Assembly (NCBI GenBank): GCA_000004695.1
Contig: CM000154.2
Coordinates: 4,000,001 to 4,064,000, forward strand
Length of the DNA: 64,000 nt
Source of the DNA: Dictyostelium discoideum
Taxonomy: Eukaryota
Direction: 5' to 3'
Part shown: positions 1-8,115 of the stretch, one piece after another
Position numbering within the stretch: the stretch's first letter is position 1
Layout: each line of letters begins with the position of its first letter
Program-made: the position numbers and the translations under genes
The notes under the pieces: model-generated
What the model saw: only the letters and a program-made list of their open reading frames with translations
The model's database searches: none
Told to the model about the DNA's origin: nothing

Positions 1-1066
1 TTTTTTTTTTTTTTTTTCTTTTTTTTTTTTCTTTCTTTTTTTTTTTTTTTATTTTTTTTAATTTTTTTTTTTTCTTTACCTTTTTTTTTTTTTCGATCAT
101 ATAGAAATAAAAAATAAAAATTAAAAGAATTATAACCATATCAAACCCATACCAAAATTTATGTTTACAAAATCAAATTTTAAATTCACACCATAATAAC
201 TCAACAATAATAATAAATATTGATAATGGTGATTGCAATTTAGATTGTTCATGATTTTTTACAATAAATAACTTTAATAATATTTCATTCTTACCTAAAT
301 AATCAAATAATAATAATAATAATAAAATTATAGAAATTATTTAAGAATAGATAACTCTAATGTTAAATTCGATGGATCAATAATAATAATAAACACATTT
401 GAAATACTAATAATTAGTAATAGTGAAATATCATTCAATAATGGAGCAGTATTTTATCTTGAAGGCTTTCTTGAAAGAAAAGAAACATGTTCAAAGATTA
501 AATTTTCAACTCAACCATCATAGTGTATTTGATCTAATGGTATAAATTCAGATTCTAGGATACTTGAATTACGAAATCTTTCAATAGAAAATATATCTTT
601 AATTATAAATTATCATACAGATGATAGTAGCAGTAGTAAAGAAAAAAAAAAGTAAAGTAAAAAAAGTACGGTAGAGAATTCAAAGATTTTAAATTTCATT
701 TCAGATAGTGATATGATTAATAACTCATATCATTCTACTATTATATTTAAGTATCAACCAAGTTAATTGATCAATACCAAACAACCATCTATCAATTTCA
801 ATTTGAAAATAATCAATTTTCAAGTTATTTAATTTTTTCAAAAAAAAAAATTCCACCGTTAATCTCTTCAATAAAAAGATACTAAAAAAATCAAGGTGGT
901 GATAGTTCAACTCTTTTTATGTTTAATGCTTCAAATATCATTGTAAATTATTGTCAATCCTCTTTTAATAATTAGCTTCAGTAAATGTTTTGAAACTGGT
1001 CAAACTATCAATATATTTTTCTGTTAATTATCAAATATTTGATAATTGTACAATTCCATTTAAAAA

Positions 1067-1118
1067 ATGGTTAATTTATTATATAAAAAAAAAAAAAATA
1101 GAAAACTTCTTGTTTATT
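1067..1118. repeat. Copy A of a roughly 50-bp duplicated segment (ATGGTTAATTTATTATATA(A)nTAGAAAACTTCTNGTT)
   Basis: Near-identical copy at 3637..3686 (about 90% identity apart from A-run length), seen by direct comparison. Confidence 0.6.
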
Positions 1119-1177
1119 TATTTGTTTATTTATTTACTTATTTATTTATTATTTATTCATTTGTTTGTGAAAAAAAG

Positions 1178-1209
<32 letters not shown>

Positions 1210-1561
1210 AACTTTTTGTTTGTTTGTGAAAACTAATATTTTTTATTTTTCTCAATTCTTTTTTTTTAAAAAAAAAAAGGAGGAAAATTTTTTTGGATAT
1301 TTTAATTCTGTATGAATATAACAAGTAAAAACAACTGTACAAAATAAGAAATCTAATAAATATATATTTGAATAATTAAATAATTATATAAATAAAAGGT
1401 TGAACAATAATTGTGATTCTAAGCATTATTTAATCTTGATAAAATTTTTGTATGGGCTATCACTATTTTTTCTTTTAAAGAATTTCTTCACTTTTATAAA
1501 ACTTTTTTTAATTCTATTTAGAAACAAAAAAAAAAAAAAAAAAAATTAGTCTGAAATTCAA

Positions 1562-1769
1562 TTAAAATAATATAATAAATAAATTTAAAAATTTTAATAA
1601 ATACCCTTTAGCAACCATTTGAAAGAAAAAATGTATCATTTTAATAATGGGATAGCTTTGAATTTGTCTATTTTTTTTATAATCTTCATCAGATTCATTA
1701 CTACCATTTGTATTTAAATTATTGTCACTATTATTAATACCAATATTATTACTATTATTATTTATATTA

Positions 1770-1816
<47 letters not shown>

Positions 1817-2521
1817 TGAAGATGATGATAATGATAGAGGTGAAGAGGATAAAGAAGAACTTGTGGAAGGTGTAGTTTTACCAACAAGTGCAGTTGAATC
1901 ATATGATCTTAAAACTCTAATTTCTTTTTCTCTCTCTTCAACTTTTTGTTCCAAATGTGAAATTTTATCTTTCATTTTTTGGCAATAACATTCAACCTCT
2001 AAATGATATGTAATATCTTGTTCAGTCTTTCCACTATAAAAACAACCAAACTCTTTATTTGGACAATATCTATTACAAAAGAATAAAGTTGTACTTGATT
2101 CCCATAATGCATTATTATCAAAATCTTCATTATTTATATTATTATTATTATTATTATTTATATTATTGTTATTAATATTATTATTAATATTTGGTGATGG
2201 TGGTTGTTGTGATGGTGAAATATTTTCAAATGATGGTGATTTTGAAGAATTGAAAGATGTATTTGATTTTGGTGATGAAAATGAATCACCTGATGATTTC
2301 ATTTCATAGAAATCTTGATATGATAGTGTTGGTGATGATTTATCATTACTATGATCACTAATAACACCATGACTATTAAATTTGCATTGTCTTTCATGTG
2401 CCAATTTTGATCCATAGCTAATTAAACAATTACATCCATTTACTTTGGTTGTAATTTCACCATTATTTGGGTTTTCTTCAACACCATATTGACAATAACA
2501 TAATAATTGGTCAAACTCATC

Positions 2522-2555
<34 letters not shown>

Positions 2556-2869
2556 AATTTAAAAAAAAAAAAAAAATAAATTACAAAATTAATATTTTAT
2601 ATTTTATAATTATTTTATTTCAAATTTTATTAAAATTGATAATAATAAAAATAATAATAATAATTTTTACCTTTTAATTGTTCATTAATAGAAATATTTG
2701 TTAAAGGAAAATTATCAATTGGACAATGTGTTAATGTTTCAACACAAAATGAACAAAAACAATGTAAACAAGTACTATTTTCAAATGGTACATCCATTAA
2801 TCCGCCATGATATGAACATAAAAATTTATCTTCTGGGTTGATTACAAATAATGTTTTAGAAACTTCCAT
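1562..2869 (-). CDS. TRAF-like protein with a TRAF-type RING (C3HC3D ending ..THCPID), two TRAF-type zinc fingers, a coiled coil and poly-Asn tracts. Two exons, approx 2869..2671 and 2520..1562, separated by a 150-bp GTAAAA..AG intron (phase 1).
   Basis: ORF-track pieces 2630..2869 and 1562..2404 join in frame across the intron (..NEQLK|D EFDQLLCYCQYG..). Motifs include CLHCFCSFCVETLTHCPID and NRYCPNKEFGCFYSGKTEQDITYHLEVEC. No MATH domain was seen. The last 30 codons look non-coding, so the 3' end is uncertain. Confidence 0.6.
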
Positions 2870-3253
2870 TTTAATTTTTAAATTATTATTATTATTATTT
2901 TTTTTTTAAAACAAATAATTTTTTTTTATAATAATTTTGTTAATTATATTTTTATTTTTATTATTATTATTGTATTAATTTATAAAGTGTTTGTTTTTAA
3001 TACCATAAAAAAATAAAAATTAAATAATTAAAAAATTAAAAAATTAAAAAAAAAATTTATTAATAAATTTTTTTTTTTTTTTTTTTACTATTTTTGAAGT
3101 TGTTAATATAAATTAGGGAATAATTTTTAATAATTTATTTTTTTTATTAAATTTTTTTTAATTTTTTCTTTTTCTTTTTTTTCTTTTTTTTGAAATTACA
3201 AATTCTTTGATTGATCATATATTTTTAGCATCAAGTACACATTTATTGATATG

Positions 3254-3314
3254 TAAGTGTGTGTTAGTGTGTTTTTTTGAAATTGATTCATACAAAATTT
3301 ATCTGGGTGGGGTG
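3254..3314. promoter_or_regulatory. GT/G-rich block (GTGTGTGTTAGTGTG...CTGGGTGGGGTG), a CA-rich element on the minus strand, about 400 bp upstream of the TRAF-like gene start. Resembles Dictyostelium G-box/CA-element promoter motifs.
   Basis: A rare G/C-containing island inside an otherwise almost pure A/T intergenic region. The functional assignment is inference only. Confidence 0.2.
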
Positions 3315-3636
3315 TTTTTTTTATTTTTGGACAAAAGTAATAATAATAATAAAAATAAATGGGGTTGTTTTCATAAATCATTTCAGTTAAAATTAATTTT
3401 TTATAATTTTTTTTTATACCCATTGAATTATTTTTTTATTTTTTAATTACTTTTTTAAATATTATCTATTTAAATAATTTTTTTTTTTTTTTAAATTAAT
3501 TTTTTTTTTCATTAATTAATAAAACTTATTTTGAATTGAATGAATTTAATTTTTTATTTTCATTTCTTTTTTTATTTTTTTTGTTTCTTTTTATTTGATA
3601 TTACCTGTTTTATGAATTGTTAAAAAAGTAATAACC

Positions 3637-3686
3637 ATGGTTAATTTATTATTATATAAAAAAAATAGAAAACTTCTGGTTATTTT
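3637..3686. repeat. Copy B of the roughly 50-bp duplicated segment, at the apparent 5' boundary of the retroelement fragment.
   Basis: Matches 1067..1118. Confidence 0.6.
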
Positions 3687-4214
3687 CTACATCAAAAGGA
3701 AATATTCGATTATTGCCATATCTCGATTATTCAATATTTTTTTTTTTTTTTTTGAATTGGATAACGCAATTATTATTTGCTTCTCCTTGAGATGCTAGAT
3801 CTCATTTTATTTTATTTTTTTTTTTTTTTTTACAGGGTCTCTAAAAGAGGGGTTAGTTTACTTTTTTTTTTTTTTTTTTTTTTTTGTTTCGAATTTTGAA
3901 TTGTATTATTACTTTTGATTAAAACATCTTTTTTGTCCAAACTTTTTTCTAAATCTTTTTTTATTTTATCGTCTGGTTCGTGATTGATGTTTATGACGTA
4001 TTTGAATTGTTTTTTTTTTAATTGAGTTTTATCCACAATTTCGCTTATTTTTTGTAGGCATTTGTGTTGCTTAATATTTGTGGTGTTGTTTGTGATTTTC
4101 ATTTTATTTTCTTTCTATTTTTTATATTTAGACAAAAAAGATGTTTTAATCAAAAGTAATAATACATTCAAAATTCTCACAGACAGTATTAGTACAGTAA
4201 TCTATTTTGTAAAT

Positions 4215-5300
4215 ATGTTCGATGCAGAATTAAAAGGACAATTTATAACCACTCTAAGACCAAAAAATATGTATACGGATTTCGATTGGTATAAATCACT
4301 CACAGAAATAGAATGGGTAATAGAAAATGAAGGATGTAAACTAATTAAATCTGAAATTAAAGGCGAAACTCTAATTATCAAAACAGTGAAAAGAGTCGTA
4401 GAAGAATATGACACTATCATTGAACTAGACAATCTAACATTAATTGGTCACTCCAACAAAGGATGGAGAGATCAAACCTCATTACCAGAAAATCAAGAAG
4501 AAAACAAAAATAAAAAACAATCAGATGAACAACAACCAAAATCTACATCAGAACAAATACCAAAACAAGGAAAAAGAACAATCATTATCCCACCAATCAC
4601 CTCCTCATCTAATGATAAAACATTTATGGCCCTAGATGATACAGCTCAAAAGGTAATAGATGCATCACTAGAAAACGTAGATGAACTAACAAGAATAGAG
4701 AATGAGATCAATACCCAATCGATAAAAAATCAAGAAATTAAAACAAAATCAGAAAAACCTATTGAACCACCATCTCCATACAATACACCAATAAAACAAC
4801 ACGGCGAAACAAAGAGACTAACAACGGAAGAAAAACTTAGAGAGGTAAATGATATCTTCGACTTCACCAGCCCAAACACTGATGCAATAAGAAAAATAGA
4901 ATTCCCACTTTCAATCCCTTCAAATCAATGGTTCTTCTCCTCTCCAATAAAACATATCATGAGTTTCAGCCCAACCTATGGTACACCATCGAAAATTATC
5001 GATTCACCAAGTAAATTGTTAAACACACCAAAAAACAAACAACAAGACAAAACAAACAGGACCAACAAAACACCAGTCAAACCAAAATTGGGTGAATATG
5101 GACAAAAAAGCATAAAAACAAAAATGGATGAAGATATAGACAACTTCAACAAGGAAATTCTAAAACAAATCAGTAAATCAAAAAACCCCACAAACACACA
5201 AGACCAACAACACAACGAACAAAGTAAAGATCAGTTAGAAGACAAAATAAACCAGAAACTTCAAAAGGTAGATAAAAATCTACCCCAAATAAAACTATAA
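4215..5300 (+). CDS. Retroelement ORF1 protein of 361 aa, starting MFDAELKGQFITTLRPKN...
   Basis: Long ORF (track 4062..5300) with non-Dictyostelium-like composition. The first plausible ATG is at 4215. It is followed in the overlapping frame by an endonuclease-like ORF2 start. Confidence 0.55.
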   Translation: MFDAELKGQFITTLRPKNMYTDFDWYKSLTEIEWVIENEGCKLIKSEIKGETLIIKTVKRVVEEYDTIIELDNLTLIGHSNKGWRDQTSLPENQEENKNKKQSDEQQPKSTSEQIPKQGKRTIIIPPITSSSNDKTFMALDDTAQKVIDASLENVDELTRIENEINTQSIKNQEIKTKSEKPIEPPSPYNTPIKQHGETKRLTTEEKLREVNDIFDFTSPNTDAIRKIEFPLSIPSNQWFFSSPIKHIMSFSPTYGTPSKIIDSPSKLLNTPKNKQQDKTNRTNKTPVKPKLGEYGQKSIKTKMDEDIDNFNKEILKQISKSKNPTNTQDQQHNEQSKDQLEDKINQKLQKVDKNLPQIKL

Positions 5301-5302
5301 AG

Positions 5303-5455
5303 AAAAACACAATAAGAATAGGTGTTTGGAACGTCCAAGGATCCAACACCATCCAATCTGCCAGCATAATAAACACCGTATTAGACAACAACAAGCTGGA
5401 CGCAGCACTTCTAACTGAAACAAATAAAACGATTATTCAATATTGTTATTTCTAA
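5303..5455 (+). pseudogene. Truncated 5' remnant of retroelement ORF2 (AP-endonuclease start), about 50 codons then a stop.
   Basis: Frame overlaps the ORF1 stop. Motif VWNVQG...DAALLTET. The reading frame dies at 5453-5455. Confidence 0.35.
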
Positions 5456-5477
5456 TTATTAAAAACTTTCACATCAT

Positions 5478-5549
5478 TCCTTGTTGGTCTAGTGGTGAGG
5501 ATTTTCGCCTGTCACGCGAAAGGCCCGGGTTCAATTCCCGGACAGGGAG
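5478..5549 (+). tRNA. tRNA-Asp (anticodon GUC), 72 nt, no intron.
   Basis: TCCTTGTTGGTCTAGTGGTGAGGATTTTCGCCTGTCACGCGAAAGGCCCGGGTTCAATTCCCGGACAGGGAG. The 7-bp acceptor stem pairs (one G-U). A box is TCTAGTGGTGAGG, B box is GGTTCAATTCC, anticodon loop is cCTGTCAc, discriminator is G. Confidence 0.92.
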
Positions 5550-5555
5550 TTTTTT
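5550..5555 (+). terminator. RNA polymerase III terminator (T6) immediately after the tRNA.
   Basis: TTTTTT directly follows the discriminator base. Confidence 0.6.
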
Positions 5556-5579
5556 AAGATTCCAAAAAATAAAATCGCA

Positions 5580-5589
5580 GGTTCGACTC
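5580..5589 (+). promoter_or_regulatory. External B box (ex-B box) GGTTCGACTC, 31 bp downstream of the tRNA 3' end.
   Basis: Matches the B-box consensus GGTTCGANTC outside the tRNA body. Dictyostelium tRNA genes are known to carry such an extra B box. Confidence 0.5.
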
Positions 5590-5797
5590 TTGTTTAAGAC
5601 TATATTGATAATAATAAATAAAGGAAAAAAAAACCGTACCGCGATCAAGAGGATACAAGATACACGTGAAAAGTAATTCATCCTTTTCTATCTTTAATCT
5701 CGGTCAATTTTAACCAATCTTTCAAAAAAAATCACCAATCCACCACGATCTACAGATCTAACTTACCAAATCGCCGATTCAAAGGAATCCCATCGAG

Positions 5798-6568
5798 ATG
5801 AATTCCTACGCAGACGCGGCTAAAATGGCCAACCCCTCCACCCATATGGACGAGGCATCGGAGAACTTCATTAAGGAATTCTCCACAAAAACAGCAGAGA
5901 TAAAGGAGACCTACCCCAAACTATCAATAGGCCTCAAAGACATCTCCAAATACTGCGAGACCATATTGAACATGACTGCGCTCTCAACCTATGAGAAGAA
6001 CAACGGATTCTACCCAATTACTCGAATTCCCCAAAATGGATCTCAAGGGGTTAGAAGAAATGNNNNNNNNNNNNNNNNNNNNNNNNNNNNNNNNNNNNNN
6101 NNNNNNNNNNNNNNNNNNNNNNNNNNNNNNNNNNNNNNNNNNNNNNNNNNNNNNNNNNNNNNTTTACAAATGCATAAATCTGCAAATAATTCAATATACA
6201 TAATAAGTTGGATGGATCAAATCATCAACAAATCAATCTCTTCTCCATACCTTATAAAAATCAAAAAAGAATGGGAAAATTATGCAACTCAAATTGGACA
6301 TCTAAAAGATAAAGTTCAAATCCTACAACCAATATTAATAAAAAATCAAACCTCTCAAACATTAAACACAAATAATATTCCACTACCACCAACACTCAAA
6401 GAAATCTACTCGACAATACTCAACAATCACCAATGTAAATCAAAAGACTATATTGGCAAGAAATATTCAGATCTACTTCTTACTTCGCACCAACAATCAA
6501 TACAACTATTACGGAAATACACATACCACCAACTATTTGTCAAAATTCAAAAATTAAAAGATCCATAA
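5798..6568 (+). CDS. Retroelement ORF1-like protein, 256 aa, interrupted by the assembly gap.
   Basis: ORF track. The composition is unlike host genes. Confidence 0.4.
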   Translation: MNSYADAAKMANPSTHMDEASENFIKEFSTKTAEIKETYPKLSIGLKDISKYCETILNMTALSTYEKNNGFYPITRIPQNGSQGVRRNXXXXXXXXXXXXXXXXXXXXXXXXXXXXXXXXXXLQMHKSANNSIYIISWMDQIINKSISSPYLIKIKKEWENYATQIGHLKDKVQILQPILIKNQTSQTLNTNNIPLPPTLKEIYSTILNNHQCKSKDYIGKKYSDLLLTSHQQSIQLLRKYTYHQLFVKIQKLKDP

Positions 6569-6580
6569 GGCCGTGATACA

Positions 6581-6919
6581 ATGCAAAGATTCCATGCTAG
6601 ATGTTTTCCGATTAATCATCTACACAACAAAGTTTGCCCCATTTGCAACAATGAAATGAATAATGATCCCTATGGTCATTTGTTTTTCAATTGTCAGCAC
6701 ACAATCAACTTCATAAACCACGACAAATTAAAATATTTTATATATAAAAATTGCAATGGAAACAAAAACTGGTCACTAACAAAAAACCAAACAATAAAAT
6801 TATTCACACTCATTTATAAACCACAAACAAACAACAAAGCATTTAAACCAGATCCAACTATCAATATTAATTTTCATTTTGCAGAAAACGCACAATATAA
6901 AAAATACAGGTTCAACTAG
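6581..6919 (+). CDS. Retroelement Cys/His-containing ORF (CPICNNEMNNDPYGHLFFNC), possibly the frame-shifted C-terminal part of ORF1.
   Basis: ORF track. Zinc-knuckle-like spacing. Confidence 0.3.
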   Translation: MQRFHARCFPINHLHNKVCPICNNEMNNDPYGHLFFNCQHTINFINHDKLKYFIYKNCNGNKNWSLTKNQTIKLFTLIYKPQTNNKAFKPDPTININFHFAENAQYKKYRFN

Positions 6920-7407
6920 AATTATATAAACACAAATCTTGATCTAGTCAGAACACATGCATATTAGAACATAATCTCATTTGTTATTCACCAAATATGG
7001 ATATGGTTATGCAAATCATTATTTGGCATCAATATAACTCAATCAATTGACAATTGGAACAACTAAATAAACAACACAACACTAGATTATGATATATTAA
7101 AATCAAAATGACACAAGCTAATAAGATTGGAATATTCAAGAACATTATCAAACTTTAACCAATACTCAATTAAAAACAACCTCACAAAAACTCAAAAAGA
7201 AACCCAATGGTCTGAAACCATCAAAAAATTTAAAAAAGAATGGAGCATAAACACAAATGAACCAATTCCAACAATTACACCACCAATTAATTATTAATTA
7301 CCTAATCTAAAATAACATACCATTTTAAATTCACAAAAACTAAAAAACCTAAAATAAATAAATAAAAATAACATACTAATTGTATACTACAATAGTTTAT
7401 TTATATC

Positions 7408-7439
<32 letters not shown>

Positions 7440-8027
7440 TATTAGAATATCTATTTATAATTAAACAATAAAGATAATAAATTACACGATATTTTAATTA
7501 TGTAAAAATGTATTAATGATTAAATTTTATTTTAAAATTTTTATTTTTCGACATTTTTCGTTTTTACAAAAACAACGAAAAATGCGCGATTTACAACGTA
7601 TAGAATACGTTTCATTATTATTATTAAATTATTATTTATTATTATTATTATTATTATTTATTATTTATTATTTATTATTATTATTTATTATTTATTATTA
7701 CTATTTATTATTATTATTGATTATTATAAAATCTAATATTCATTACACAAGGTTTCAATTCTTTTTAAACTAAACTTCAGAATTCAATCTCCATAATTTA
7801 CTATTTTTTATCTTAAACTGTTTAAAATTGATCTAATTCAAAAAAAAATAATATAAAAATAAAATATGAGGAAGGATAATGAGGTTAATATAAACTACCT
7901 AAATCTTAGATCCCACATAAAATACGTTCAATGGGATATTAACATTCAATTAAAATAATACATTGAATTTTATTTTTATTTTGATTGTGTGTTTATTATT
8001 ATGTGATGTGGTGATTGTGAAAAGATT

Positions 8028-8028
<1 letters not shown>

Positions 8029-8100
<72 letters not shown>
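8029..8100. repeat. Poly(dT) tract of about 72 nt.
   Basis: Uninterrupted T run, directly 3' of the Argonaute gene. Confidence 0.95.
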
Positions 8101-8104
<4 letters not shown>

Positions 8105-8115
8105 TTAAAATAAAT

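Larger units (their letters stand above)
3637..5455 (+). mobile_element. Non-LTR (TRE5-like) retrotransposon fragment: about 570-bp 5' leader, a complete ORF1, then only the first roughly 50 codons of an APE-endonuclease-type ORF2. It ends 22-48 bp upstream of the tRNA-Asp gene with no C-module or oligo(A).
   Basis: GC content is higher than the flanks. ORF1 is K/E/T/P-rich and basic. The ORF2 start overlaps the ORF1 stop and reads ..IRIGVWNVQGSNTIQSASIINTVLDNNKLDAALLTETNK (AP-endonuclease N-terminal motif). Position about 48 bp upstream of a tRNA gene is the known TRE5 target. The family assignment was not verified by alignment. Confidence 0.5.
5637..7435 (+). mobile_element. TRE3-like non-LTR retroelement, internally deleted (leader, ORF1, no RT), ending in an A28 tail. 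It begins about 90 bp downstream of the tRNA-Asp gene with its 5' end proximal to the tRNA.
   Basis: Compositional shift (CCGTACCGCGATCAAGAGG..) at about 5637. ORF1 is 5798..6568, followed by a Cys/His-containing ORF 6581..6919. The 3' region ends ...CAATAGTTTATTTATATC(A)28 at 7408..7435. Position and orientation match the known TRE3 preference downstream of tRNA genes. It contains a 100-nt N gap at 6063..6162. Confidence 0.45.

Noticed and set aside
990-1342. ORFs 990..1184 (+) and 1157..1342 (-).
   Set aside because: Translations are F/L/I/K/Y low-complexity strings produced by pure A/T sequence, with no start context or conservation.
1722-1988. ORF on the plus strand encoding poly-Leu.
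   Set aside because: Antisense of the (AAT)n poly-Asn tract of the TRAF-like gene. It is an artefact of the repeat.
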